In this document: piece by piece, positions 11,168 to 25,556 of the stretch
Layout: each line of letters opens with the position of its first letter
How positions within the stretch are numbered: the first letter of the stretch is position 1
NCBI RefSeq assembly: GCF_009914755.1
Contig: NC_060937.1
Strand: one strand, 5' to 3'
Source: the human T2T-CHM13v2.0 reference genome, Homo sapiens
Length of the DNA: 64,000 nt
Made by a program: the position numbers and the translations under genes
Notes under the pieces: generated by a model
The model's input: only the letters and a program-made list of their open reading frames with translations
Databases searched by the model: none
What the model was told of the DNA's origin: nothing

Positions 11168-11882
11168 TAGACTTATAGCACACAGGCTGTGGATATAGTA
11201 GACATTGTTTCTTGAAGGAATAAGAGTGTATAGATTGCTAGCTGTTGAACAGAAGTCATTTTTTTGTTTGTTTCTTCTTGAATACATGGCTGGATTATAT
11301 TTCCAAAATTCTCTTATAATTTTGCTTATGTAATTAAACATTGACAATAAAACATAAAGAGCAAAATGAATGGGTGAAATTTACCTGTCATGTTTAAAGG
11401 ACAGTCCTTTAAATATATATATACAATTTGAGTCCTTGTTTTTTGTTTTGTTTTGTTTCTCTATTCTAGGGGTTAAGATTATGGGTAATAGAGGATAGTT
11501 AGAAGAATCTTGAAATCATGTGTTAGTGATAGCAAAAGTGCTTTCATTCTTTGTCTCTGAACAGACCTTGTAAAGGAAAGTGGCTTGCCAGACTGATATG
11601 TTCACTGTGGACTCAGTACATGAGAATGAAATAGGCGCCATAGTTTATATTTACTTTAAACCACTGAAATGCCATTGGGTATGTGTTATCCCATCAAACA
11701 CAGTATGTGGCACTGAAGCAGTTAGCAGGATCTGTAAGGAAGTTTTCTAGGGTGTGTGGAATAATGTTTCCTAACTTTAAAAAGTAAGTCACTAAAAAGA
11801 CAATCTGTTTTCTTTGCATATAGGCCTAAAAGTATCATCATTTTGCCATCAGACAGAAAATTAGTTCTATATAGTTCACAGC

Positions 11883-12290
11883 TGTACTTGTTTGCTAGGA
11901 CTGCCATAACAAGATACCACAGACAGTGGCATAAAAAATAGAAATTTATTTTCTCACAGTTCCAGAGGCTGGAAGTCCAAAATCAAGGTGTTGGCAGGGT
12001 TAGTTCCTTCTGAAGTCTTGCTGCTTATAGATGACTGTCCTCTCCCATATATACACGTTTTTGTTGTTGTTTGTTTTTTGTTTTCTTTCTACATGCCTGC
12101 AAACAAACTTCCTCTTTTAGTAAGGAAGGTAGCCATTACTAGATTAGGGCTGAACCTGAAGGCCTCATTCTATCTTAATTGATTCTTTAAAGATCCTATC
12201 TCTAAATAGAGTCCCATTCTGACGTGTTGGATATTAGGACTTCAACAAATGAATCTGGGGGAGAGGGGAGATACAATTCAGCCCATAACA
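11883..12290 (-). mobile_element. MLT1A-like MaLR LTR
   Basis: 'ctaggactgccataacaagataccacag...ggctggaagtccaaaatcaaggtg...acaattcagcccataaca'. Confidence 0.8.
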
Positions 12291-14639
12291 TCATAAGAGT
12301 AAAAACACAAAAGAAAATGTAGAAAGATAAATCCAGAGACTCAATTAAATTACACTACAACTCATCACATTCTTATCTAAGGAATTTTCAGTGACGTTAG
12401 CTAATAAATTCCCTCATTTTCATTAAATGTGAGTAGTGTTATATTTTACTTAAAAACAATTGCTTACTAACTTTGAGGAACATTGGAACCAATTGAGTGA
12501 CTTTAAAAAATGATGCCCAGATTACACTCCATAAACCAGTATTTTATTAAAAGGTGATCTCAATACACAGCAAAGCATTAAATCATGAAGGCTAAAAAAT
12601 CTTAATATATACAATTTCTTTAATTCATTTTTATTTTCTTCATATGTCATATTTTATTTTTAATAATCAAACATTGCATAGGTTATTATAGTTTACTTGA
12701 TAATATTAATACATTGGATTTTTAAAAGAAAAATCTATAGAGAACATTTAGGAAAGTAAAGGAAGTATATATTTTGGCTACTGATTTTCTGAATCTTTAT
12801 ACTTTGAAATTTTTGTACCGAAATATTTTTCAATCATTGAATCCAATTTCAGAGTGTCCCAGACACAAATACATAACATTATATTTTTGACGTAATACTT
12901 TAATTTTCTTTCATGATACATCAATATATCAGTTATAATAACAGTGCAAAAGGATGCTGATTTTTCCCCATGTTTGTTTACCCTCTATTTCTTAGTGATT
13001 GAATCTCTCATATTCACATCGGCACATTCTGGATAGTCATCCAGAATAATAGAAACATTTTCTGGGTTCTCTTATACCCTTTGTGGCCTTATGATTATGT
13101 GTTTTCAAAGGGATTTAAATTGGAAGTGTTGTGTGCAGCATCCAAGAATTTTTAAGATGAAAAGGGGAAGCTTTTTCAACAATTTTTCCTGCCTGTTTCC
13201 TGAAATGTGTTCAATGCCATTTGTTAGAGAGGGGAAAACAGGATCAAAGAAACTTTGTGTCTGATAATAGTAAAGGTACCCTACCTTTGCTCATGTTTTT
13301 GTGAAATTGATTCCTATCACATGTAAGTGAAATTTATCTGAGGTTTCCTTAATCTTTTAGCCAAATGGGGCTTTTGTGTTGCACACCTCTATGAATACCT
13401 TTACATAGATGGAGAGAATATATTGAGGGATACGGACATTTCATTGCTAGTTTTATAGTGGATAGCTTACAGGCTCCAGTGTGAATAAATTTGCTGGGGT
13501 TGCGCCTTGCAGAGACCCTATTGCCAAATCAAATTTTAAAACAAATAAATTATTATAATCAGTTTTTACCTTGTTATGTGGTGACACATTGGACATTAAA
13601 TAAGATTTCTCAGACTCTAAGAACCCATCAATCCTATAAAATTTTGGTGATTCAATTCCATGATAAAAATGACTTTGAAGCTCTCTACATTATGCTTTGT
13701 ATTTCACTGTCATTACTGATCTGTAACTCTTATTAAGATATAATTTGCTCCTCCTCGACTGCCCTGGGACCTAGAGTAGCCGTTAGTGAATATCTCAGCA
13801 CTGATATCCATCTCCAGTATTGATCTGCTGTTGGCAGATTCACTTTCCTAACAGAACACATTATCAGGGTTTTGTGTTATGTTCATCACAAGAAAAGCAC
13901 CAATACTTGGCACACATACTGCTTTGACAGAAACTCTTTTTCCAGTATATTGAATGACATGAATATCAATGATATTTCGATGACTATGTTTCCTACTCAA
14001 CTGATATAAATGTTGCTGAAGTAAAATAATTTTAAAAGGATAAAGAGAATATAAACCTTTCTCAAATTCCCATGAATATAAAATCATCCAACCTATTCAC
14101 TGAGAAAATTTAGAGATTATTCAAATACATATACATTTCCTCCTCCCTATTTGCAATTTCTGTTACCAGCAATTTTAATTTCATGCAATCACTGGTTATT
14201 GTGAAATGATATTTCCATAATGTGACCCTTGCTGTTTTCTTTTTGTGTAAACATGCTTTTAACAAGGATTAGACAAGAATCAGATTTTACGAGAAAAGAA
14301 TGTATCAATATTTTGCTCTTTCAGAATATAAAATAAATATTTTGATCTTCATATCTTGACAATGTTTTTTTCCCAAACCTTTTTTGGTTTTCAAATTACT
14401 GGTACCAGAAAAAAAAAAAGTACTGGCATTAATTTAGTCTCTACTTTGGGAAATATTTTTCTAATACCTTAAAATCTCTGTATATTCTTGTGAATAACAC
14501 ATTATGGCCATTATTTCCTAAGGAAGTAGAAAAGCCTACAACTCTACAAAATAATGCTTTATATTAATAAAATATCTGCTATTTCCTAAACTCTAAATTT
14601 TGCACTTTCCACTATTTATGCAAATTATTTTTCAAAAAA

Positions 14640-15175
14640 TATTATGATTATGTGGTACAAACTTTTATTATCATTACTTGGTAGATGAAGAGAATCAGAG
14701 CTTGAAGTAGATAAATACATGCTTGGGTTTGTGTTAGTCCATTTTCACACTGCTATAAAGAAGTGCCTGAGACTGGATAATTTATGAAGGAAAGAGGTTT
14801 AATTGACTGACAGTTTCACGTGGTTGGGGAGGCCTCCGGAAACTTACAATCATGGTGGAAGGCAAAGGAGAAACAAGGACCTTCTTCATACGGTTGTGCC
14901 AAAGAGAAGAATGAGGTGCAAAGGGGAAGAACCCCTTATAAAACCATCAGATCTCATGAGAACTCACTTACTATCACAAGAATAGCATGGGGGAAACCAA
15001 CCCCATCATCCAGTTACCTCCACCTGGTCTCTTCCTTGACAGGTGGGATTATGGGGATTATGAGGAGTATAATTCAAGATGAGATTTGGGTGGTGACACA
15101 AAGCCTCACTGTATCAGGGTCATGCACTTTAAATTAGAATGCTGGAATTTGAATTCAGACTTACTCTAGGTCCTT
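14640..15175 (-). mobile_element. MIR split by a THE1/MST LTR
   Basis: 'tagatgaagagaatcagagctt' left of the LTR and 'gctggaatttgaattcagac' right of it. Confidence 0.5.
14730..15116 (-). mobile_element. THE1D/MSTA-type MaLR solo LTR
   Basis: 'ttagtccattttcacactgctataaag...cttacaatcatggtggaagg...gatgagatttgggtggtgacaca'; near-TSD gggtt/gggtc. Confidence 0.88.
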
Positions 15176-15338
15176 CTTATAAACTATTGCTGCAAGAAAC
15201 AGAAGTAAGCCTAGAAATTCAGCAAAATGGTTAGAAGAAAAAAACTTCTCTAGTTAAATAGCTTAGTGGTTTTGTTGACTATGCAAGTAATGTATATGTT
15301 ATGAAATAGATTACCATAGAGAAGTAATTCATATATAT

Positions 15339-15566
15339 CAGTGGTTAGCCTAAATATTACCCTAGGGAAAAATCTGGCCTCTTGCCTGCTTTTATAAATA
15401 AACATTTATTGGAACACAGCCACATGTATTACTTTCTAAGTATTGTCTATGGCTGCATTTTTGCCACGAGAACAGAATGTAGTAGTTGTAGCAGAGGCCA
15501 TATGGACCACAAAGCCTAAAATATTTGCTATCTAGGCCTTTACAGAAAATATTTGTAAACATTTGA
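15339..15566. mobile_element. MER58A (hAT-Charlie MITE)
   Basis: 'aaatctggcc...ttattggaacacagccac...aaagcctaaaatattt'; near 8-bp TSD atatatat/atatagat. Confidence 0.8.
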
Positions 15567-15579
15567 TATAGATTGTTAT

Positions 15580-15870
15580 TGAAGTTAAATAATATTTCAA
15601 AGAAGCTATTTTAACTTTTATAAAATTGTGAAGCCAAAAGGCATCTGTCTAAACTTCCAATAACAAAAAGTAAATATTTCTCGGTCATATTAAAGAAAAG
15701 GGTGAATAATCTTTCTTGTCTTCCTATGGAAAATAATATTACAAATGTATTGTCATGTAAAGGGATAAAAGATGATGTAATTAGAATGTAGAAAATATAC
15801 AGATATGTCCGGAGGTTGTCCTTAAAATATTATGTTATGTGTCAGAATTTATATTTGTTTATGGTATTTT
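15580..15870 (+). mobile_element. hAT (Tip100/Zaphod-like) transposase 3' remnant
   Basis: 'tgaataatctttcttgtcttcctatggaaaataatattacaaat' resembles the hAT C-terminal L-N-x-L-S-x-L-x-x-E-N coding stretch. Confidence 0.4.
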
Positions 15871-17614
15871 TTTCACCCATATCACAATTTAATCTTAATG
15901 AGGACAAGTTTCTTTTGTTCTTATTCACCACTTTACAGCAATGATGAGCACTCAGCATGTAATAGATGCTGATCTATAATTTGATGAGTGAAATACATTT
16001 ATTTAAATGTGTTATACTCTGACACATCAGATGTGGAATAAATAAAAAGATCAAATTATACATAAAATATTAAACACTACCATGTACTTACTGTAAAAAA
16101 TAACATTCTAAATTAGTGAAGAAATTTTAAAAAAGTAATTTCTAGTACTACATACAATTGAAGCTACATAAAGACAAAAAGATTAAAATAAAAAGGAATC
16201 TCGGGACAAAGGCTTATCTGGAATAATGGATTAAACAAAGACACACATAAAGGCAAAGAGTAACAGATACAAGAAATAAACCAGATGAAAGCCATGAAGA
16301 ATAAATAATTTAATTTCAAATCCAAGAAGAAATTTATATCTATATTTTCTATACAAAATGTAAAGATTAGTTATATTCAAGAAGTTCATATAGCTATTCT
16401 AGATAATTAACCGTTTAAGTACCTTTACAACACCAAAAGTTGTTTTTCCTTTAAAATCACTAAAGTTAAGGGTCACAGTAAGAAAATCTCTATAATTCAT
16501 GACTCACAAAACAAACAGATTATAAAAGCCCCTATTCAATTTAGCTTACATCAAGAATATACTCATATAGGTGGTAACTTTCATAGACAGGTAAATTAAT
16601 TTAGGAATTAGAAGTGGTTTTACTATACCATAGATTCAACTTGATAGTATACATAAACTTGATTTTAGAGAAAAATTAGACAAATATTGCCAGAAAACTG
16701 CTTCAGTTTTCTACTATGCTTTGATGGTGAGAAAAATTTTTTAACCGCCCAGATTCTTTTTTATAAAAGTCACTGATAAAAGAATGATTCAAAGTGCTGT
16801 TTCAGCTGGCACCTGCCCACATGTTTATCTAAAACTTAACTAAAATGAGCCAGTTATGCATATAAGATATAATTAGCTCTCAGCCAGTTGTGGAAATATT
16901 AGAAATCCTAAAAGGGCATTTTAGAAGGTGATTTTCTACTTACAAAGAGAGTAAAAAGGAGGGAGAAAATTTTAAAAGAACACATATGTTACTGATTTGT
17001 TTCAAACTCAGGTCACCAAAAGACAAGGCCCTCCACAGGATTGAGTGACAACATCATAAGCTTCAAAGGAAATGCAAACATTTGTTTGAAAAACCGGTAA
17101 AATCCTAAGGTAACTATATTTTGTTATAAAATTCTCTCTATGCCTCTTTGACACCACAATTTCTGTACTGAAATGTTTTCTATTAAAGTCCTAAATTTCA
17201 TCTCATAAAGGTATCATCAACATTCTGCATTTCATATATGCATTTCACCAAAAGTAGTGTAGATTTATCTTATTTATTAATAATATGACCCTCTACAATT
17301 CTAATAGTGTAATAATTGCACTATTTTTCTGCAGTTGAAATAAATATTACAGTAGCCATAGCTTTTAGAAGAGAAAAAATATTAAAGTGAAATATTGAAA
17401 ATTACATAGATATTGTTTTACATGTAGAATTTTCCCAATTTTTATTTGAAAAACAATATTTGGTATCTTTCTAATATACTAATAGTCTGATTTGCAATTT
17501 GAAAACAATACTTCATGTAAATTAACTCAGGACATAGAAAAACATAAACCATATATTTTTTTAAAACATTCTGTGTACATAGCTCAAATTAAGACAAATA
17601 GCAAAGAAAGATAT

Positions 17615-18761
17615 TGTTAGAGTAGGTAGGTAGTCAGGCATGAGCAGGGCAGGAGAGATAATCCTGTTCATCCCCTTCCCTGTTACGTGCGTCCGTGTGA
17701 AGAGACCACCAAACAGGCTTTGTGTGAGCAATAACGCTTTTTAATCACCGGCGTGCAGGGGGACTGAGTCTGAAAAAGGAGTCAGCGAAGGAAGATGGGA
17801 GAGGGGCAGTCTTATATGACTTGGGTAGACAGTGAAAAATTACAGTTAAAGGTGGTTATCTATTGTTAACAGGGGAGGGTGTCACAAGGTGCTCGGTGGG
17901 GAACTCCTGAGACTCATTGTCCAGGGGAGGAATGTCACAAGGTCGATTGATTAGTTAGGGTGGGGAAGGAACAAATCACAATGGTGGAGTGTCATCAGTT
18001 AAGGCAGGAACTGGCCATTTCAATTCTTTTGTGGTTTTTCAGTTGTTCCAGGCCATCTGGATGTATACGTGCAAGTCACAGGGGTTATGATGGCTTAGCT
18101 TGGGCTCAGAGGCCTGACACCGACAAGACATGTCAGGCAATCCTCAGGTGATAGGCAGTTGTTAAACTGTCTCTTTAAAATAATAATTGGTCACAGCCAA
18201 TGCCAGGGAAAGGCACTCTCCCAAGAGATAAACACCTGAAGCTGGTGATCAGCGACTTCCTGATATGACCTCAGGAGTGGAGCGAGTGGTCTCACGCATG
18301 CACACTAAGAGGCAAAATGGTGGAGTTTTACTGGTATATGACCTGCCTCTAAGAATACTCCACCGGTAAAGGAAAAACGCCTCAAGTGAGCATGCATAGA
18401 ACTTCAGTAAACACACTGTGCACATGGCCCCTCCAAAGTGCTGGCAGACCACTCAGCATGCGGACAGCCTACCCCAAGGGAAGAATCGGGCAAGAAGAGA
18501 CACAGACACCAGAAGAATGCCAACATATAAAAGCCCAAGTCAAAGGTCTAACTGCACACTCAAGTCACCCACTTGGTCCTCTTCCAAGTGTACTTTACCT
18601 CCTTTTGTTCCTGCTCTAAAACTTTTTAATAAACTTTCACTCCTGCTCTAAAAATGGGCTCAGCTTCTTACTCTGCCTTTTGTTCCCTTGGTTGAATCAT
18701 TTCTTCTGAAGAGGTAAGAATTGAAGTTGCTGCAGACCCTTATGAATCATTGCTGCTAACA
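17615..18761 (+). mobile_element. MER50-type ERV1 solo LTR interrupted by LTR7C
   Basis: Starts TGTTAGAGTAGGTAG...catgagcagggcaggagag, ends gctgctaaca; near-TSD atat/atac; TATAAAA ~18526 and AATAAA ~18628. Confidence 0.8.
17681..18119 (-). mobile_element. HERV-H family solo LTR (LTR7C-like)
   Basis: Same termini as LTR7 (TGTCAGGCCTCTGAGCCCAAG...GGTGGTCTCTTCACACGGAC) but ends GTAACA, uses ATTAAA and has a divergent U3. Confidence 0.88.
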
Positions 18762-18879
18762 ATACGTGCATTTACCATCTAGGGAAGCTACAAAGGAATT
18801 ATTTGAAAGTGCTAGTCAAAGTGAACTAATTTTCATTACATTTAAAATATATTATAAATGATATATAACTAAATAATAT

Positions 18880-19547
18880 ACAACTGAAATGAGTGAGGTG
18901 AAAGTCTCAGTCATTGAGGTTTATTAAGCTAGCTTTCGGCATGTTTGGGGAAAAAACAAGCAACAGACCTATCTATGGCTGTTTTTCTGAAGAGGTGTTC
19001 AGAAGGTTTAATATTTATATATTTCCTTAAAGAGGGAAGGCATGTAGGAAAAGGCATAGGTAGGCAATAAGGTGAATGCTTACATTTCTGTTGGATTTTA
19101 GTTAGTGTCCAGTAAATCTACTTCTGCCTAAGATAAGGTGAATGTTTGAAGAGAAAAAGGACAGTAAAGGGTCAATTATGCAGACATCTCTGGGTAGGTA
19201 GAGGAATGAGTCTTGTCATTGTTTTGCATCAGGGAAGATAAGCTTTTAATGGACTTTAACAGTGTGGAATCAAACACTTTAGATTTAGGATCTGGGCTTA
19301 GATTGCAGACCTAAAGGTGCAGTTGGCATATTCTTGTTAATGGGGAGGCTGCAACAAATTTTACTTATGAATGATCTGTGAGGGCAGTCATTCACAGATG
19401 CCTGAGGCCTTCTACATTTCCATGGGGATCTAGCTGATACATGACGTTAGTAATAACGAAGAGGGTGTTGCATCACAGCTTCCAGGCTTAACCTTCTCTT
19501 TAGCATAAGAAGTTTAGGAATCCTGAGATTTTTTTATTTTTCTTTAT
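18880..19547 (-). mobile_element. MER4-group ERV1 LTR (old)
   Basis: 'gaggtttattaagc' (minus AATAAA) near the left end and 'tcctgagatttttttattttcttta' at the right terminus. Confidence 0.55.
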
Positions 19548-19983
19548 AATTTATACCAAAGTTCATTGATTTTGGAAAAAAGAAAATATAGAGCATATTT
19601 GAACTATTTATAATTGTTTAGATTTTGTAGTTTACAGAATATCTTGGTGCCTATTACAGTGTTTTATTAAAGCCAAAAAATTATAGAAAAATATTAACAT
19701 AAAAGCAAACCATCACATAATGAACACTTATTTCAGAGACATGTCATTATAATTTAAATAAAATTATTCTAATTTCTTAGCCCTCTGAAAAAACTCATCA
19801 CATCAATTGTAATCACTAGTATTTGATTTTGGAAAAAGCTTATTTTTGCAATTCTTGACCTTATTTTCACCAAGACAGGTCTGCATGTGTTTTTATATGT
19901 TTGTATATATGTGTATATTATATTAGTTTGGCTTGAAATATTTAGTCTAGTCTGTAGATTCATATCTTTATAGGGAAGCCTTT

Positions 19984-20549
19984 TGTGGGGGCCAAGGCCC
20001 TTGATCCCCTAAAGGTTTGCTGAAAAATCACTGACATGAAGCAGGCCGAGTAATAGGGAAACAGTATACAAATTTATTTAAACTGTATACAGGGGTGCAC
20101 TTAGAAATGAAAACCCAACCCCTTAATGAGGTAGAGAAACTTACATCTCATCTTGAGGTTACAGAAAGAATGTAGGCTCAGAACATGGCCCAAGCAAGGT
20201 TTTATAGGCAAGACTGGAGGTTGAAAGAAAGAGGCTTGGTAAGCAAAGGTGGTCTTGTTATGTAGATGAATCCTCCCAGGTAGCAGACCTCAGAGAGAAT
20301 AGCAGGTTAATATTTCTTTTAGGACCTTTAAAGGTGCCAGGCCCTCAGTTAATCTTTCCCAAATCCAGGCAAGGGAAAGGTTGACGACATTAATGAAGGT
20401 TCTCTCCAGATCTAAAGATGCAAATTTTCTCCCAAAAAGACAGGTTTGCAGGGTCTCTTCAGTTCCCTGGTGCTGTGGCAGCCATTTCAAAATATGTTAA
20501 AAAAAAAACTGGCGGGGAGGGGGGGTAAAATATTTTGATTTTCTTTACT
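19984..20549 (-). mobile_element. MER39/MER34-like ERV1 LTR
   Basis: 'aggtttgctgaaaaatcactgacatgaagcag...gcagccatttcaaaatatg...gggtaaaatattttgatttt'. Confidence 0.7.
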
Positions 20550-21238
20550 TTCATATAATATATTTCAAATATTACTACTACTAATTGTTTAGCAATTAAC
20601 AAGCAATATACAAATCCTAGGCAATATTCTAAGAGCTTTACTCCTCCTAAAATGTGTCAGTTATCAAGATTTGGTCATATTATATGATTTTGTTTAAGTT
20701 ATGTTGATTGTCTTAGATAAAGGAAAAGCTCAGATACTATAGTTTTTGATGAGTAATACAAAAATACCAGACTTTCCCATTTCAGAGAATTTCCGTGGGG
20801 CCTTTGGGGACATTTCTGTGTGGTTAAAAATGAGTTGTTGCTCTTTGAGACTCTGTTACAAAGAAGGAGGAATGTAGAAGAAGGGATAAATTCAATCTTT
20901 GGAGTTACACTGCCAGAAGTTAGTCTAGATAATGACACTGATTATGTTGGGTTTACATTATTTGACAGTTTTAAACCTCACATTCCTCATCCATTGAATA
21001 AAACTAATGTTTATATTGATGAAATAAAATTTATAAAGCTTAACATGTTTATGACATCAATAAGAAATACATGAAATAGTATGTATTATTATTTAGAAGA
21101 TCAAGTCTGCCATCATTTTAGCCCCCAAATTCACTTAAACCTACATTTCTTTTAAAAGCGAAAAAAGTCATGCAATTAACTAGCTTCTAATTAGTCTTTA
21201 TTTTTCTGCATGAATTAACTTCAAAGAAGGTTGGTGTA

Positions 21239-21958
21239 TGTCAAGCAAAAAATGAGAAGGTTCCTAAATTTGGAAAGAAGAGCTTTATATCGCATAAAGG
21301 GTTGCAGGGTGGCCATTCTGACTGGCTGGGAAGCATAGCTTCTGGCTAGAAGCCAAACACAGAGACATCAATGCAGGGGAAAAGGAAACAGGAATCTATG
21401 CTAAACAAGTTGGCCAAAAATACATATTCAATAAGCTATAGGAGGAGTCATGAATATTTATAAAAAATAAAAATAAAACACATGCACATGCCACTTGTCC
21501 CTCTCCATGGGACCTGTGTTCAAAAAATGGTGGTGTCAGCATGATCCGAGGGTAGAGTCTTTGGCCCTGTGACATCAAAAGGTGAAGCAGGGGACAAGAA
21601 AATCCAGGTTGTGCATCTTCCGTAGATTGGCCAGATGCACTCTGTGGTTGGTGATATCTTAACAGGAAGGAATGCTGGTCAGTTGTTTTATTTAAATTGC
21701 AAAAGAGAGGGGCAGCAGCAGGCAGTTGGTTGATATTGGGGTGGAGTGCTTCTTTCCAAAAACCTAGTTTCTGTTTGACCCTTAGGAAAGAAAGTCTAAC
21801 CGTGGTTACTGAGGGAAGGTATATAATGAGGCATGTTGATCGCCCACTGCTCATGGCCAGGAACTCAGTTTTCAAGGTTCCTTTGGGGTCCTTTTGGCCA
21901 AGAGGGGCTCTGTTCAGTTGGTTTGGGTGCTTAGGAGTTGATTTTTATTTCTCTGTTG
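21239..21958 (-). mobile_element. MER4-group ERV1 solo LTR
   Basis: 'gggtggccattctgac...tataatgaggcatg...catggccaggaactcagttttcaaggtt...ggggtcc' terminal block shared with the other MER4-group LTRs here. Confidence 0.7.
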
Positions 21959-22234
21959 ATGCTTTCAAATTATTAATGTAGCTCCATATTTATGAGTTGA
22001 TGTATTCAAGAGATCATTCAGCACCGTGCTTGTTTGACTTTTTGAGAGCAGGGATAATAACTTATTCACTTCTGCATTTTTTGGAGTTGCACATTGCTGA
22101 GCACATTGTAGTTTCTCAATATACATTTGAGTACTGGGCAAATATATAGATGAAAAAATATTTAAATAAATTATTTCTAAATTTTATTTTTACTGAAACC
22201 AGAGACAAAACAGCATATTGAAGCAGAGCTCCAA

Positions 22235-22551
<317 letters not shown>

Positions 22552-22609
22552 TTAGATGGCTAGAAGTGAAATTCAAGTTCTTCTACTTACGAATTCTGTG
22601 ACCAGTTGA

Positions 22610-23060
22610 GTAACCACTACCATACTCATCAGCATTTTCTGCTGCAATTAGTGACCTCCAGATCTCAGTGGTTCACAAACACAAATCTTGGTTCTACAGA
22701 GTTTGCCTATGGCTATGCTTCTGCTCTGTTCAGCTGAATTCAATTCTACTTTACTCAGCCACCTATATTGAGTGCAGATCTTCACATGCAATTTTTTTCC
22801 AGAACTCAGGCTGAGTGTGAGAGTTCAAGAGGATCAAGGAAAAACACATGACACTGCCTAAAGCTTTTGCTCGGAACTGACACGCTATTACTCTACCTCA
22901 CATATTGTTGGTTAAAAAACTTAAATGGCCCAGGCCAAAGTTCATCCATATAGAAAAATACTTCATCTTCCTATTGGCAGGCACAGAAAAGTCTCAGGGC
23001 AATGGGTATGAGCACATATTCATATTACAGGGAAAGGCAAAATGGTCCAATCTCTAACAC
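22610..23060 (-). mobile_element. Old MLT1 (K/L-like) LTR within MIR remnants
   Basis: 'cagatctcagtggttcaca...gctcggaactgacac...cacatattgttggttaaa...aatggcccaggccaaa'. Confidence 0.45.
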
Positions 23061-24670
23061 TGCTTTGGCACACCTTTTCTCCCTAATTATTTTAATAAAA
23101 GTAAAGAATTAATAGAATTAATGTTTGAATTAAGGTAGCTATTATAAAAGTACACAGTACAATGACTGACAGAAATTAAATACCACATTAATAATTCCCA
23201 TTAATATTTTAGCTTATTGTTCAATGGTCTCATTGATATTATGTTCCTTCCTATTTCGCTCACACAATTACTGAACAGTTTCTAATTTGAAGCTTGGGAT
23301 GCATAGTCTTTAAAATGACCTCCATGATCCCTACCTTGTGATATGCATTCCTTTTGTTATATCCCCTTTTCATTCATAGATGTGCAATCAATATATTGAA
23401 AAGAGTTATGACCTGGAATAAATTGACATTGTTTTTACCTACCTAATAAAAGGAGGTGATTTCTAAGTTCCTGAAAATACAATAATATGAAATATGCATT
23501 CATTAAATTTTGCTAACCCCATTTATAACTCTTTTCCATTAAAATTCTGTCAGGAGGAAATAATATTTAATATAACATGTGCCTATGTAACATGTCATAT
23601 TAAATAATATTTAATATGCTATGTTCCATAGCCACATCTATTTCACATATTTATGAATACAAAAGAAATTTAAATCCCAAGAGATTTTAATATGGACACA
23701 GATAATAAGAATGTGTTCACAAGCAAGTGTTCCTCTCTATTAACACTAAGAAATTGTCCCTATTCCACAATTATGTTTTTTTTTTTTGCACATTTTTTGT
23801 GATTTATGGAATCTTGGTATTTAACAAGATCTTAGAATTCATCTTGTTTAAACTTGCATATGAATGATGATCTAACTTTTGGTTGCATATTGAAACATCC
23901 AGAGTTCAGTACAATTAGGAATGGTTGGTTCCTATACTGGGCACCCACCTAAAATTTCTCTAGGCTAAAGATCACAGTTTACTAAAAAAAATTAAATCTT
24001 TACTTACAATGTGTACTACATTGTGGGCACATTTCTGAGTTTGTCCTTCTCCCTTTGGAATCAATTCTTTTATACACTAGGATATAATGTTGCTGCCGTT
24101 CTGACAAATAAATTTTCTATCACATAATTCTTGGTTTTGGCTTTTGAGGACATTTTAGTTTCATATTCTTCACCAAAGCTTTGAAAGAGCAAAAACAGCA
24201 TCTCTAACAATTTTACTTTCCCTGGAGAACTACTTCCTTAAAACTCACTTTTCTGTTTTACACTAATGGTAGCATTTGTTCCCATTAATGATGAAATGAC
24301 AATTCTTTTATAAGTGCCTTTCTGAAGAGCAGAAGGATAAACCCCTTGGATTTCCTATGGCTTCCTCCAAACATTCTGCATGCATTTGGCTCTTGCTGCT
24401 TTTGGTAAAAACATTGATATCTAAGATGAAGAACAACATATATTCAGATTACCCAGTTTCCAATAGAGTGAAGACAGTAAAAAAAACAAAAACCAAAAAA
24501 CAAACAACAACAAAGCTATGTTCATAAGAAGGAGTGACTAACAATTCACAAAATAAAGTATCCAAAAGATGTTGAATCATTTTTATTTGTCAACCCAATT
24601 TGACACCTGGGTCCTCATTCTGCAGGAACTTAGATGTTAGTTTCTTCTCTAAGTTTCTATTTTTTCAGCC

Positions 24671-25556
24671 TGTTAACTGAAAAATCACACAATTAGAATC
24701 TTAGAAAAGATTTTTAATAAAATGTCTTATAAAATGTTATAGCCTGAAAGGTGGGCATCCGGCAGACTTGGAAGCCCAGCCTCCAGCTAAGACCAGAGAC
24801 AGACAGTTTGGGAGAAGAAGGGGTAAGAGGGAAATTTAAGTTGAATGGGTTAGCTAAACATATATATTCAATAGGTTACACGAAGAGCTGTAATATTCAT
24901 GAAGACAGTTCTGATACATGCCTATTAAACATGCATGTAACATACAACCCATGTTTACATTGGGGTGGAGATTTAACATTTAATTGTATTACAATTAGGT
25001 CCTATATGTCAAAAGGTCTTATTTTCAGGACACAAAGGCACTCAAGTGCACAGCCTCTGTAAACTGGCCAGAAACAGACCATGCTCATGAATGTATATCA
25101 GGAGAAAGTTACTGAAATCAATCTCTTGTCCATTCAAAACTCTGGTTAAGGCTTGTGGAACAGAGTGGCACAGTTAGTCTGTGTCTGATGGTTGGTAAGC
25201 TGCAATCACATCAACATTGCTTATCTCAATGCCAGTGCTTGTTTAGAAAAAACCTTGGGGTATTTAGAACACAGTTGATTTTTAAGTGTAGGGGTGATTG
25301 GCATGGCCTTAGGTCTTGTTTATAATTTGATACCTTATTGACACAGAGAGCCCATTTTGTCAGGCTTAGGGTCTTTTTTAACTTTAATGCTGGTCGGTTG
25401 TGTCTAAACTGTACAAGAGGGGGTATAACAAGGCATGTCCAGACTTCCATTCCATCATTGTTGGGAGCTCAGTTTTTAGGTTTCTCTGGGGTCCCTTTAT
25501 CCAAGAGGGGGTCCATTCAGTTGGTTTTAAAGCTTAGAATTTTATTTTAGTTTACA
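24671..25556 (-). mobile_element. MER4-group ERV1 solo LTR
   Basis: Ends 'gggtccattcagttgg...cttagaattttattttagtttaca'. Confidence 0.75.

Noticed and set aside
13190-13852. Possible ancient LTR ending in 'cctaaca'
   Set aside because: LTR-like texture, but I could not assign a family or boundaries
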